DNA of 63,852 nucleotides, filler included, from Aduncisulcus paluster (GCA_024181965.1; 11 parts of 11 records of this genome joined end to end with filler, not necessarily neighbours in it); one strand, 5' to 3'; counted from the whole stretch's first letter, positions 1-13,100 are shown. The notes: generated by a model not told the origin, from the sequence alone. Made by a program: numbers and translations.

Positions 1-985
1 GGTATTCAACGAAGGAAAGGGTCTTTGCACGAGCCTCAAGAGCTTGGGTGAGTTCTAAATTAGCCTTGGAGTTATCGGGAGCTGTTGAAATAGCATCTTG
101 GGCAATTGCAATAATATTGGCATCTGCAGTGGAAAAAATAGGCTTTTTGAGGGAAGGTGTCTGAGATATGTCAGAAGAAGAAACAACATCTTCTTCTTCT
201 TCCTCCTTTTTGGACTCCACTTCCTCATCCTTCGTGGACTTTGTTTCGATTTCTTTACCAGTTTCTTCTTCATCTTCTTCTTCGGTGGCATGAAGAACAA
301 GGTACTCTTTAATGGATCGAAGACTTTTTTGCAGTTGTTTGAGCGCATCAAGTTTCTGTTCGAGAGCTTCCTCAATTCCAGGTTCACGAGCAGCACCAAC
401 ATCACGAAGAAGATGCTCAACACCGATTTCCTCGACTTCTGAAGGTTTCATAAGGTGAGTAACATGAGAAAAGGCTTCGGATACAATAGTTCCATCAGCC
501 TTGGCTTCAGAAATAAGAGCATGGGGAGTACATATTGTTTTATCGTATCCACGATCACCTTGAGAAAAGCAATTAACGCAAGCCAATATTGGGTCACGAA
601 CTGCTTTGTGATCAAATTCAAATGTTTCTTTAATAAGCTTGTGAATAGCAACATCTTGAGGTAAAATATCGGGGGAAGTTGAATACCAACCAACAAAACG
701 CTCTTTTACATTCACTTTTTTAAACATTGCATACATTTCTCTGGTGTAATCAACATCTACATACCAAACATCGGAAGAAGATCTAGATTCATCAAATGGA
801 ATTGAAAAACAATTGGTAACATCTAATACTCCTCCGAAAAAGCGCCCAAGAAGAATTCCTACGGCTCTTTTTTTAGTTGATCCTCTGATTCGACGAAAAT
901 GATCTTGGATAGTGATAAGGACAGTTGGATGAATATTACATGAAGTATATTGTAGACAAGATGAAGAAAACACAGTTTTTGTCAT
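1..985 (-). CDS. PSMD7: 26S proteasome lid subunit Rpn8/PSMD7 (MPN domain), 3' end runs off the window
   Basis: Not in the ORF track. Manual translation from ATG 985 gives MTKTVF..NIHPTVLITIQDHFRR..KRAVGILLG..LDVTNCFSIPFDE..VWYVDVDYTREMYAMFKKVNVKERFVGWYST..EVEEIGVEHLLRDV, which are Rpn8 signature motifs. Confidence 0.93.
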   Translation of the reverse strand, partial: MTKTVFSSSCLQYTSCNIHPTVLITIQDHFRRIRGSTKKRAVGILLGRFFGGVLDVTNCFSIPFDESRSSSDVWYVDVDYTREMYAMFKKVNVKERFVGWYSTSPDILPQDVAIHKLIKETFEFDHKAVRDPILACVNCFSQGDRGYDKTICTPHALISEAKADGTIVSEAFSHVTHLMKPSEVEEIGVEHLLRDVGAAREPGIEEALEQKLDALKQLQKSLRSIKEYLVLHATEEEDEEETGKEIETKSTKDEEVESKKEEEEEDVVSSSDISQTPSLKKPIFSTADANIIAIAQDAISTAPDNSKANLELTQALEARAKTLSFVEY

Positions 986-1197
986 TTTTAATTGGAATTG
1001 TGTGAACCTGCCAAGGAAAATGAGAATTTCATTTTTGATCTATTTTGACAAAAGTAAATTTTATAGGGATAAATCGAAATTGATTAATTAATAATACTAT
1101 ATGATAGATGATTAGAAGTTTTAACAAGAAGGATAGCAAGAAAAAACTGTTTTGAATTTTTACTGGATTTTATAGTAAAACCTACTCTTTCGTCATT

Positions 1198-1280
1198 GAT
1201 TCGATGGCCGAGTGGTCTAAGGCGGTAGATTGCTAATCTATTGTGGTCTCCACGCGAGGGTTCGAATCCCTCTCGGATCG
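1198..1280 (+). tRNA. tRNA-Ser (GCT anticodon), long variable arm, intronless
   Basis: Acceptor stem GATTCGA/TCGGATC, A-box TGGCCGAGTGG, anticodon arm GTAGA-TTGCTAA-TCTAT, variable arm GTGG-TCT-CCAC, T-arm GAGGG-TTCGAAT-CCCTC, discriminator G. Confidence 0.96.
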
Positions 1281-1287
1281 TTTTTTT
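1281..1287 (+). terminator. RNA polymerase III oligo-T terminator of tRNA-Ser
   Basis: T7 run immediately after the discriminator base. Confidence 0.8.
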
Positions 1288-1412
1288 GAATTTTGGTTAT
1301 TACGCGATATCACAGCACTCATGTCGACATCTCCTTGTGGTACTGCGTGTTTTCAAATTAATTTCTTGCTTTATAATTTATTATATCCTAAATTCAAAAA
1401 TGAAAAAAATCA

Positions 1413-3088
1413 TCAAACTAATTCCTCTTCTTCCTCTGACGATTCATCAAGTGAATCAAAACCTACAAGATATTCGATCACTGGATCATTGTTTTTAACA
1501 GGAATTAATAGAAAGTCGTCTGATAAAATTGGATTATCCATCGATGAAGGGAAAAAATGACCTTCTTTTGAATGAATGGCTAAAATTTTTGCTTTCTCAC
1601 TGCTTTTCCATAATTTAATATCCTGTTTATCATCTAATGTAGGAGACTCAGAAAATTTAATTGATAAATCATCTCCACACACACATATTCCCTTGGATTT
1701 GCATATTCTGAGATGGTTAATCCAGCGAACACGGGGATAAAAATCTTTGATTCTAAAAATATCAAGATTATGAGAAAGTTTAAGATGATCNNNNNNNNNN
1801 NNNNNNNNNNAATTAATAGAAAGTCGTCTGATAAAATTGGATTATCCATCGATGAAGGGAAAAAATGACCTTCTTTTGAATGAATGGCTAAAATTTTTGC
1901 TTTCTCACTGCTTTTCCATAATTTAATATCCTGTTTATCATCTAATGTAGGAGACTCAGAAAATTTAATTGATAAATCATCTCCACACACACATATTCCC
2001 TTGGATTTGCATATTCTGAGATGGTTAATCCAGCGAACACGGGGATAAAAATCTTTGATTCTAAAAATATCAAGATTATGAGAAAGTTTAAGATGATCTA
2101 TAATCGCTTTTCCATGATGATGTCTGTCGGATTTGGTTTCGTCAAAATCAACTTCAAAATCACAGATAGGGCAAACCGCAGAAGTAAAATTAGATGTCAA
2201 CTCCTCATCTAATTCAGATTTTGGTTCCTCTTCGTCTTCGTCCTCGATAACTTTCTTCTCTTCGTCTTTCTCAGAAATGTCAAGATGGGCCATGATTGAG
2301 GAGGATTTTGAATCGGTCATATCAGCTGATTTAGCGTAATTAATAATAAAGAATTTATCAAATTCAGATGTTGGAGGTATTTTAAAATGGTGTTTTTTCC
2401 GGAGATGTGTTCTGAGAAGTTTATAATCAGGAAAATCTTTGGAACAACACAAACACTTGAGATCATCCATAAATTTTGATATGGTTTGAAGTAATAATGG
2501 AATATAAACCAAATTATCGGCTTGACCAAAATGAAAATGATGGACGGAAATATAATGGTGGAGAATGGCATCACGGCAAGCATCTTTAAAAATGAATGGG
2601 CACATTGGACATTTCACAGGATATTTTGGGGGATTTGAACAAAATGATTTGAAAAAGTTCTCGGATTTACGTTCTCGCAAAGTCTGTTTGAGAGCAAGAT
2701 CAAGAGAGAGTGAAAAAGTTAATTCTCTCAGAGTCTTATCAGCTCTACATTGTTTTGGTGAGACATGAAGAAGTCGAGTTGAAGGGACATTTGTTTTTAT
2801 GCACTTACAAAGGTCACAAGAACAAACTATTTTCGGAATGGACAGATGGTGATAATCATCAATCAATTCAATCGATGAAACGGGTTGAATTGCTTTAACA
2901 TAGGAGGACCAATAATTGAAATATATATCTAATCGTTGAAGTTTATCTATATCATGTATTTTCATTTTGTGAGTACGCATATGTCTCTGAATAGCTGAAG
3001 GTGTTTGGGGAAGTTCCTTCTGACAAAAACAGCATCTACATGATAGAAATGGGTTAATTAAATCAAGATCTGATATATTTGTAAACAT
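1413..3088 (-). CDS. ZNF277: ZNF277-like C2H2 zinc-finger protein; one gene split by the duplicated overlap at gap 1791-1810
   Basis: Several C2H2 fingers and the ZNF277-like block HHFHFGQADNLVYI..DDLKCLCCSKDF..LRTHLRKKHHFKI..EFDKFFIINY. Bases ~1504-1790 repeat ~1811-2099. Start placed at the first ATG (MFTN). Confidence 0.8.
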
Positions 3089-3454
3089 AACAAGAAGCTG
3101 CAACGAAACATGGACTAATTCTTCCAATCATGGTACAAATGGGTAATAGATCCATTTTACAATATTTTATTGAAATTATTTACACCGTTATACATAATTG
3201 GTAAATAATAGTAAGGTATAATAAACACAGATTAGGCATACAGAGGATTTAAACATGGATTTTGAAATTCGCCGCTAAAATACAAATTTAATTGAAATAA
3301 TTTACATATATATGCGGTTTATATGGTAAATTAATCGTTATTTGAGAACTTTGAGCTCATTTTATTGTCTCCTCTTTCCACACAATAAATTTTGGCAAAT
3401 TTTGCTTAAAGTATTATTAAATACAAAAATTCATTCTTACAATTATAACTCTAT

Positions 3455-3806
3455 ATGTCTTTAGAGAAAAATAATTGTGAAAAGATGTCGAAATCTGGGT
3501 CAATTCATGATAAATCTCCTTCCGTCTCAAATCCTCCTACAAATATGATTGAGATGGAAAAAAAAGAACTTGAAAGGTTGAAAAGAAAGCAAGCTCAAGA
3601 TATTGAAAGAATGTTACTTGCTGAAATGAGAGAGAATTTCCGAAAACAGAAGAGAGAAGAAAAAATGCTAATACAAAAAGAAAAGGCTGAAGAACGCGAG
3701 AAAGAAATGGAACAAAGGCGGATTAAAGAAGAAGAGCGCCGTGAACAAAAAGAACTTGAACGAATTGAGGCCGAAAAGAGAGCTGCAGAGCGTGAGCATG
3801 AAAGAA
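3455..3806 (+). CDS. E/K/R-rich coiled-coil protein, N-terminal fragment truncated at scaffold end
   Basis: ATG-initiated ORF with charged helical composition, open up to the N linker. Confidence 0.65.
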
Positions 3807-3907
3807 NNNNNNNNNNNNNNNNNNNNNNNNNNNNNNNNNNNNNNNNNNNNTTAATTAATTAANNNNNNNNNNNNNNNNNNNNNNNNNNNNNNNNNNNNNN
3901 NNNNNNC

Positions 3908-4006
3908 GTGTTGCTGGCGGAGGCTTCTGCACTTCGTCTCGGAAGTAATAAGGGTGCTGGTGGTGACAGTCTGATGCTGCAGTATTTGCAGTTACCTGAC
4001 TTCTGA
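3908..4006 (+). CDS. Possible C-terminal fragment of an unknown gene at scaffold start
   Basis: GC-richer open frame VLLAEASALRLGSNKGAGGDSLMLQYLQLPDF*, followed by a pyrimidine-rich UTR-like tract. Confidence 0.35.
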   Translation: MLLAEASALRLGSNKGAGGDSLMLQYLQLPDF

Positions 4007-4636
4007 TGTTACCCTAATGTGATTACTTTGAGTAGTTACCCATTTCGATCCATCAGCATATTTTGATATTCTCCATTATACTGAAGTGAACTACACCTAC
4101 ATTCTCTAATACCCAATTTTTAATCAATACTTGGTTTCATTGCTTCCTATTCACTCTCGACTCCTTTCTAAAATGACTTAGCTTATTTTAATGGCTCTAG
4201 AGAGTAGCATCTTGATGCCTTGTCTTGCTAAATCTTCTCAATATATGTTTGCTGTTGCCTTTTTCAGAAATTTCTATTGATTACCGTACACCTATTCCTC
4301 CCTACTCCTCGGTTCTTTAGTTACACACTATGTGCAACTTTTGTTCACTAGTTTTTTCACTACATTGTTTACTTGGTAGAGTTTGCCTTTCGGTGTCTTC
4401 GTCTCTATGCTGAATACACTACAATCAGTATCCTTCTTGTCTGAAACTTTATCGTACTGCAGTCAGTCTGTTACCACCTAATATACCCTTTAATATCCTT
4501 CAATGCCTTTCTTTTCTCTTTTTATTTCTGTCTTTTTAGTATCTCCCCTTCCCTAATAAATGCATCCGCCTTTAGAATAAACAAGATAGCTCTTTTGGTA
4601 TCATTATCATCATTCGATAATCATTATCAAGAAGAT

Positions 4637-5781
4637 ATGGTGGATATTGATTCTATAATTAAGCGTCTTCTTGATATAAAATATGCCAAATCGTCAAAAT
4701 CTGATTTAATACCAGAAAAAGATATTATTGATGTTCTCGAATTGGTGAAGGAAATCTACTCGAAGCAACAATCATTAATCAACTTAAGTGCATCTATAAA
4801 AATATGTGGGGACATTCATGGTCAATATTCGGATTTGTTGCGTATTTTTGAGACATGTGGTTTTCCGCCCAGTACTAATTACCTCTTTTTGGGTGATTAC
4901 GTTGATAGAGGAAGATCTTCAATTGAATGTATACTTTTATTGTTATGTTATAAGATTAAATATCCAGAGAATTTTTACATGCTCCGTGGAAATCACGAAA
5001 CTAGTTCTATCAACAAAATGTATGGTTTTTATAATGAATGTTTATCAAAATATTCCCAACAAATATGGAAATCGTTTAATTCGTGCTTTAATTATCTTCC
5101 TTTTGCAGCTGTTATTGAGAATCGAATATTTTGTACTCATGGCGGATTAAGTCCAGAATTGTCCCATATTTCGACAATAGCAGCAACTGAGAGACCGACA
5201 GAAGTCGGTGATGCCGGTTTATTGTGTGATCTTTTGTGGTCAGATCCATTAAATGCCACTGTTGGATTTGGTGATAATGATCGAGGCCTTTCTTATACTT
5301 TTGGGGCCGATGTTGTTGAAAATTTCCTGGATACACATGATTTTGATCTTATATGTCGAGCCCATCAAGTTGTCGAGGATGGATATGAATTTTTTGNNNN
5401 NNNNNNNNNNNNNNNNCGACAATAGCAGCAACTGAGAGACCGACAGAAGTCGGTGATGCCGGTTTATTGTGTGATCTTTTGTGGTCAGATCCATTAAATG
5501 CCACTGTTGGATTTGGTGATAATGATCGAGGCCTTTCTTATACTTTTGGGGCCGATGTTGTTGAAAATTTCCTGGATACACATGATTTTGATCTTATATG
5601 TCGAGCCCATCAAGTTGTCGAGGATGGATATGAATTTTTTGCTCGTCGAAAGTTAGTTACTGTTTTTTCTGCTCCTCGTTATTGCCAAGAATATGACAAC
5701 GCTGGAGCTGTCATGAGTATTGATGATTCATTGATGTGCTCATTTCAGATATTAAAACCAGAATACGGGAGAATGTGGTAA
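4637..5781 (+). CDS. PP1: Ser/Thr protein phosphatase PP1 catalytic subunit; split by the duplicated overlap at gap 5397-5416
   Basis: Motifs [39 protein letters not shown] and [11 protein letters not shown]. Confidence 0.95.
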
Positions 5782-5852
5782 ATTATGTCGATATATAATA
5801 TATTATTTTTGTTTTATTAGATCTGTACCAATTATATTATTTCATTATAGTA

Positions 5853-7290
5853 AAGAATAAATTCTACAACTATACTAGGATGCCTGCCTACATTCTTACG
5901 AATAATATGATCATTAACAGGGTTCACTAAAATATGGTTTGCCATATTCATTAAATATGAAAAGACAAAATTAATCTTTTACTGCCCGTACTGAGCAACG
6001 TATCATCATAGAAACTTCCCAATATCCAGTGTTTAAATGGTTCGGTTTAGCACTCAAACGAACAAGAAACCAGAGTCGATGTAGATTACTGGAGTGTTTG
6101 GATTATCTTCGGAAACAGCTGGATCGGACAATATCTCATCTCATATAGCTCTTATATCCGGTGAATTATGCTACTCTAAGAGATGGAGTGTCCAACATCA
6201 CCATAGTTGAGTCAACAACATAAAGCAGGATTATTACGTCACTTGGAAAAGAAACTAAGGATTCACTAACTCTCAACAGAGAATTTAAAACAAAAAAATC
6301 TAAAACAAATGATATTGCAAAATCAAACAAGCTCTGGAGTGGGAAACTAGGAATCAGACAAGTATAGTCATCTACCAGGGAATTCACAACATTCACAGAT
6401 TAAACCCAAAACTTATCATCAAACAATAAAACTTTACAATGCAATATGTGAACAAAATTCGGGACTTAGGAAACGATTTTGTGTCAGGAGTGGAATGACA
6501 GGATTGGTACCCAATATATATTAAAAATTAAAATATCATATTCTTTTATTAATATGTTATGTGATATTACTTTCAATTCTTGTTTAGTATGGTTTTGGTG
6601 TTTTCTCCTCAGCTCTTCTCGCTTTGAATATATCTCAGAAATATATGTATGTCAGAAATCCAATATCATACGCATTATTATATATTTTATCCATTATTAT
6701 TCAATATTACTCACTCGTTGTATTATTTTGTTCTTGTCCTCATTTCCTCCTTGAAATTCACTTCATGTTCGATGATTGTGGTGACATTCTTTGTTAAAAT
6801 TATTTTTATTATCGTTTTATCATTGTTCGTGTTCTCATCATAGATATTTTAGAACACAATGGATCCAAAACCAACCTCAGAACGTAGCCACGATATTGTA
6901 TGTTTCTGAAAGTTTTTGAATTTATACATTTTATGATGTTTGATATCATTAATTTGAAAAATAATNNNNNNNNNNNNNNNNNNNNGTTCGATGATTGTGG
7001 TGACATTCTTTGTTAAAATTATTTTTATTATCGTTTTATCATTGTTCGTGTTCTCATCATAGATATTTTAGAACACAATGGATCCAAAACCAACCTCAGA
7101 ACGTAGCCAAGATATTGTATGTTTCTGAAAGTTTTTGAATTTATACATTTTATGATGTTTGATATCATTAATTTGAAAAATAATGCCCATATTGCTTTCA
7201 TAACCCCTTTTCTGTTTCGGGTGTTTTTTATTGCTTTATTTCCACTAAATTCTCAATTAAATTTGTCAGATTCAAGAAGTTAAACCAGTG
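5853..7290 (+). repeat. Segmental duplication copy 1: upstream region, exon 1 and intron of a repeat-domain gene
   Basis: 5853-5876, 6007-~6520 and ~6727-7290 closely match 16757-16780, 16786-~17300 and ~17812-18150. Confidence 0.9.
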
Positions 7291-10123
7291 TTTATTCATG
7301 AAGGTGACGAATCTAGCTCTCCAATTCCTCGAGATTGCCCGAATATTAAGAGTCCTGATATAACTGCTATCGAGTCCAAGAATAGGACCAAGAGAAAAGG
7401 TGATAGAGAATATGATCAGTGTTCTGCAGCACAAAAGATGATGAAAGGAGAGGGTAATCGGGGAAAATTTACAGATATCTCCCTTCCTTTCTCCACATCT
7501 ACCCCCATTAAAGGTGCTTGTATTTGTATTGGAAGAGAATATGTCCTATCATCCATTTCTGACTCACAGCCTAAACACCTTATCTTCTCTTTTACATCTT
7601 CAAAGGGGGAGAAAATGGTTAAAAAATATGATTTTACTGAATTAAAAAAAAACAAGCTGGTTCTATCTCCCTATTGATCTCTCTGATGTTGTTCTGTGTG
7701 AGATTTCAGGGAAAGGAAGAAAGAAAGAGTCTTTTGAAATCGAATCCCTCATATTTTTTCGAGAAGAAACACATGAAGAAACTATATTTCGTGAAGCCAA
7801 AGAAGCTTTTCGAAACAAACTCTGGTCTGACGCTCCAGTTGTGAAACCAGAGTTTGTTAAGGAAGGAGATAGAAAATCTCAAGGTAGAGAATCTATTCCC
7901 ATTCCACGAGATGATCCAAAGCTTGTAGATCCTTCATTCTCAATGGTTAAGGGGAAGGATGATTCGAAGAGTAAGGAATCTGAGGGGTATGATCAGAGTT
8001 CAAGAGCACAAAGAATGTTAAAAGGGGAGTGGTTTGTATCCTTATCCCATCTTTCCATTCCTTTCTCATCACCTAGTCCTATGAAAGGTGCTTATATCTG
8101 TGTGAGTGACTATGGCTGTTCACCCTCTCTTCTCTTCACTTTCACTGATTGTGATGGTAAGAAGATATTCAAAAAGTATGAATTCACAAGACCTAAATAT
8201 AAATGTGAATGGCACTTCCTTCCTATTGATCTGGATAATGTTGTATTGTGCGAGATTGAAGGGAAAGGAATGTGGAAAGAGAAGAATAGTCGATGTTTCT
8301 GTATCTTCTCCCTTGTTTTCTTTCGAGATGATGATAAGCTTACAAGCCATACTCAAATCGTAGAACCAGAGTTTATCCATGACGATGAGTATTATGATAG
8401 TTCTCCAGTTAAATGGGATTCCCCCAATATTCAAAGTACATACTTTTCAAAAATTCAAGCAATAGATGGAACCTGCGCAGAAGATTCAAGGTATCATTAT
8501 CAAAGTTATAATGCACAAAAGATGATGAAAGGAAAGAAGCATCATGGATCATTCACACATATTTCCATTCCTTTCTCTTTATCTTCCCCGATTAAAGGGG
8601 CATATACCTTTTTGGGCGGTATTATCCCTCCTTCATACCTTATCTTTACTTTTACTTCATCGAAAGGTGAAAGAACACCTAAGAGATATGATTTTCCTCG
8701 AACATACAGTTATAGTTGGTATTTCCTTCCTATTGATCTCTCTGATGTTGTTCTGTGTGAGATTACAGGTAAAAGAAGTGAGGAAGAGTCTTTTAAGAAG
8801 AAAGATAATTTTAACATCCGCTTCTTGGTTTTCTGTCGAAAAAAAATGAGTTTAATCTCTCAAATCGTGACCCCAGAGTTTGTTCATGAAGGAGATGAAT
8901 ATTGCTGTCCAGTTTCTCAAGAAGCTCCAAACATCAAGAGGGTAGATTTTTCATCTATTGATGCTCTAGTATCTGTCAGACCTAAAGATGAATCTTTGGG
9001 ACAACTCGTGATGAAAGGTGAAGGAAAGTTTAAAAGATTTGATTGGATTAACATTCCTTTCCTTTCATCTTCCCCAATGAAAGGTGCTTATATATGTCTC
9101 TCTCGAGATAGATCTGATTCACTCCCTTCACATCTATTATTCACTCTTACCTCTTCAACTGGTGAGAAAACTGGAAAGAAATACAATTTTCCAGAATTTG
9201 AAGGTTATCATTGGTATTTCCTTCCCATTGATCTCTCTGATGTTGTTTTGTGTAGAATTAAAGGGAAAGATAGGGGAGAAGATGAGTTTTCAATCCTCTC
9301 CCTTGTTTTTATTCGAAAAGAAACCCATGAGGAAACTATATTTCGTGAAGCCAAAGAATCTTTTCGAAACAAACTATGGTCTGAAGCTCCAGTTGTGAAA
9401 CCAGAGTTTGTTCAGGAAGGAGATAGAGATTCTATTCCTATTCCACGAGATGATACAGAGCTTGTAGATCCTTCATTCTCTATTGTTAAGGGCAAGAATG
9501 ATGCGTTTAGTAAGGAATCTGAGGAGTATGATCAGAGTTCACAAGCACAAAAAATGTTAAAAGGGGAATGTGGTGTATGGTTATCCCATCTTTCCATTCC
9601 TTTCCCATCACCAAATCCTTTGAAAGGTGCTTATATCTGTGTGAATGTGGTTGATAGTTCACCCTCTCTTCTCTTCACTTTCACTGATTGTGATGGTAAG
9701 AAGACATGCAAGAAGTATGAATTCACAAGACCTAAACATAGATTTGAATGGCACTTCCTTCCTATTGAATTAGATAATATTGTATCGTGTGAGATTGAAG
9801 GGAAAGGAATTTGGGGTTGGTGGAAGAGGAACAATAGCCGAAGTTTCAAAATAGATTCCCTTGTTTTTACTGTCATTCCAAAAGAAATTGCTGCAGCTGA
9901 ACGATTATCGCTATTTCCATGGAGATATGGTTTGAAGAAGCGTCGAGATTTCTCCATCGCCCCTCTTGTTATTGCTAACCCTGACGAAATTCCTCATCTT
10001 GTTAAAGAAAAAAAATTCTTTTTTTATTCTCGCCACATTTCTATGATGTGGCAGAATCCCTTGTATTTACTGCACAAAAAGAAAAAAATATCTAATCCTG
10101 AAAGGAAGGTAGAAGAAGAATAG
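7078..10123 (+). CDS. Protein of five tandem ~165-aa beta-rich repeats (putative DOC/APC10-like), no kinase. Exon 1 7078-7116, intron 7117-7269, +1 frameshift in an A9 run at ~7644-7652 (pseudogene or homopolymer error)
   Basis: MDPKPTSERSQDI|IQEVKPVFIHEGD joins across a GTATGT..CAG intron. The consensus PEF..EGD..PIPRD..HxSIPF.SSSPMKGAYIC..FTFT..GKK..KKYEF..W(Y/H)FLPIDL..VVLCEI.GKG occurs 5 times. Confidence 0.8.
7117..7269 (+). other. Spliceosomal intron, 153 nt, phase 0
   Basis: GTATGT donor, AT/pyrimidine-rich body, TCAG acceptor. Splicing restores the frame, and the intron is conserved in the paralog at 17979-18130. Confidence 0.85.
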
Positions 10124-10157
10124 TCGAAGTTTTTGTATTGAATTGATTCCCTGTTGT

Positions 10158-13100
10158 TTATTGAGAGTTTGCCAAATGAAACAATAAGAAACTATACATT
10201 TCAAGAGAGTATTTTCCATATTTTTCCTCGATTTGAGCGAGATTCATTGATGAAAATTCTTGCATCATTCCAGATCTTTCGACAAGGACCTGAGCCTCCA
10301 TGGAAAGAGATTCAAGGAAATCTTTCTTCGCCAAGTTAGTCTTTCCATCAAATTCACTTGAAATAAATGAATACAAAGACTCTGACAAACCACATGTATC
10401 TGGTGTTTGTTCTTCTTCTTCCTCTTCTTCTTCCTCTTCCTCTCTCTGAGCTGAGGTTGCATTTTCATTATTATCAGTAATCAGAGCTTGTGTAATGTCA
10501 GTTCCATGACATTGTCCTTCCTGTTGCTGATCTATAGGATGAGTATCATGAGCTTCGTGATTAGCTGAATAAGACGAGCTAGAAACAGAAGATGTTGAGT
10601 CTTCATCCTCTTCTCGGAGTTCTTCTAAATGTTGCTGCTCAACATGCTCAACTGAGTCTGCCTCAAGTCTTGCGACAGATTCTTGAGATGGCAAGAGAAG
10701 GGAAGGTTTCTGTACAAGAGAATCGTCTTTGTTTGTCTCACTGATAATATTTTCATCATGGTGGGAAGAAGAGGAATAAGATGTGGAAGAATCGGATTCT
10801 GATTTCTCATCTTGTTCACGAGCTTTTTCTTGTTCATGACCCATTTCGGTCGTCTTTTTCTCTTCGTGATCACCACTGCCTCCTCCTGGAGAATCAACAC
10901 CAAAGGTATTGTCAAACAAACTCCTTCCGCTCGTTGGACCTTTCTTCTCAGTTTTTGACCCTCCCCCAAAAATACCGATATTCCCATTGTCAGACACATT
11001 GAACGCGCTCAAAGATGCTCCAGTAGATCCTTGAGAATACTGTGTAAATCCATTTTCCCTTAATTTTTTTCTAATTTCTTCCTTTTCTTCTTCTTCTAGA
11101 TCAATTTCACTTAATCCAAAACCAGTCTCTGGAGCACCGAAGAGAGAAGATGAACTGTGGGTCCCAAAAATGCTAGCATCATCATTTCCCCCTCTTATTT
11201 CATGAGTTTCTCCAAATAGACCTAATCCTTGACCAAAACTAGAAACATTCACAGACCCGTCTTCTTCCCATAGTTTTTTTCTAATTTCTTCTTCTTCTTC
11301 CTCTTCTTCCTCTTCCTTTTCTTCTTCCTTTTCTTCTTCCTTTTCTTCTTCTTCTAGATCAATTTCTCTAAATAGATCATAACCAGTCTTTGGAGGAGGA
11401 GCACCGAAGAGAGAAGATGAACCGTGGGTCCCAAAAATGCCAGCATCATCATTTCCCCCTCTTATTTCATGAGTTTCTCCAAATAGACTTAATCCTTGAC
11501 CAAAACTAGAAACATTCACAGACCCGTCTTCTTCCCATAGTTTTTTTCTAATTTCTTCTTCCTCTTCCTTTTNNNNNNNNNNNNNNNNNNNNAGAATCAA
11601 CACCAAAGGTATTGTCAAACAAACTCCTTCCGCTCGTTGGACCTTTCTTCTCAGTTTTTGACCCTCCCCCAAAAATACCGATATTCCCATTGTCAGACAC
11701 ATTGAACGCGCTCAAAGATGCTCCAGTAGATCCTTGAGAATACTGTGTAAATCCATTTTCCCTTAATTTTTTTCTAATTTCTTCCTTTTCTTCTTCTTCT
11801 AGATCAATTTCACTTAATCCAAAACCAGTCTCTGGAGCACCGAAGAGAGAAGATGAACTGTGGGTCCCAAAAATGCCAGCATCATCATTTCCCCCTCTTA
11901 TTTCATGAGTTTCTCCAAATAGACTTAATCCTTGACCAAAACTAGAAACATTCACAGACCCGTCTTCTTCCCATAGTTTTTTTCTAATTTCTTCTTCCTC
12001 TTCCTTTTCTTCTTCTTCCTTTCTTTTCTCTCCAGAAAGATTGTCAATATCTCCCACCTGTTGTTCTTTCTCATGTTGTTCTTTCTCCGGAGTACATGAA
12101 TTACACGAGAAAAGAGGCAAAGGAACACCTTCAGTGGAAGAAATGGGAGCCGGATCAATTGAGTCAGTATTTAGACCCTTGGGATTAGACTCAGTGTAGA
12201 TATCATTCTCTTCAGAAGATTCAATAACAGAGTCGTCATCTTCTTCCTTTTGAGAATGTTCTAAATTTAGATCCATGGGACGAATTGGAGCAGAGCTGAC
12301 TGGACCATCTTCTTGTTCATTTTGTTGTTGTTGAGAATCAGTTTGTTCATGAACTATACAATCGTTTGTTTGATTAGGCCCTTCAAGACCTTTTTGAATC
12401 TCTCCTTCTTCTTCGTCGTATGAAGAGTGAATAGTTTCAGAAGTTTCTTCCTCAGCATTTTGAATCTCTTCTCTTTCCTTCTCTTCTCTTTCCTCCTCTT
12501 CTCTCTTCTTCTTTTCTTCTTCTTCTCTCCTCTTTCTTTCCTCTTCTTCCTTTTCTCTCCTCTTTCTCTCTTCTTCTTCTACTTCTAGACGTCTCTTCTC
12601 CATTCTCTTCTCGTCCTCTATTCTCTTTTCTTCATCAATCAACCTCTGCCAATTCTCAAAGCTTACAGAAACACGCTCTCCTCGTGGTCTGCAATCGATC
12701 TTCCCTTTGTCAAACTTTGAGTACCAAACCTCCATGTTTTCTTGGATGGTCAACATTCTTACGGCATCCACAATACATATATTGAAGGAGTTTTCATGAT
12801 AATAGAAGTAACGCTCTTGTCTACCTCCCTGAATAGTCTCAAATGGAGATTCTGATAAGGAGAGATCTTGCTCAATGATCTTAGAGTACTTGGATGGGCT
12901 GTCAAAGTCGATAATGCACCTACGATCGATATCGTGTCCGTGATTAAAACATCGTTGCACATCATCAAGAGTTCCATACATATTTATGCATAATCTGCAG
13001 CTTTTATCGATGTCTGATTCATATGGGTACCATCTCTTGAGATCTCTAGACTGGCAAAGACCAGAAACTTTATCAAGAGGATAGAATTCATTTGAATCGA

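Noticed and set aside
55-696. Short ORFs 55-423, 98-442, 448-696, 455-664 and the many other short antisense or alternate-frame ORFs in the track
   Set aside because: They are shadows of real genes (here Rpn8) or of GAA/TTC-rich tracts and have no recognisable motifs.
1504-2099. Tandem duplications at 20-N gaps (also 5397, 6966, 11573, 17526, 32830, 45205, 54744, 59080) as real duplications or split genes
   Set aside because: Essentially identical sequence directly on both sides of each fixed-size gap indicates unmerged scaffolding overlaps.
3851-3862. Recurrent TTAATTAATTAA palindrome as a biological repeat or insertion site
   Set aside because: Always embedded in equal N runs and encodes six-frame stops, so it is a concatenation linker. 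Gene adjacency across linkers is meaningless.
4007-4594. Pyrimidine-skewed 600-bp tract as a cryptic gene or ncRNA
   Set aside because: No long ORF on either strand and no convincing helices; most likely UTR or intergenic sequence.
4637-5781. Alternative genetic code (TAA/TAG = Gln as in hexamitid diplomonads)
   Set aside because: Conserved genes end properly at TAA (PP1, SBDS, MAPK15) and long ORFs have no internal TAR codons.
7270-10123. Diversity-generating retroelement or CRISPR-like origin of the repeats
   Set aside because: No reverse transcriptase or cas genes; variation includes indels and is not adenine-specific; the repeats are long coding domains.
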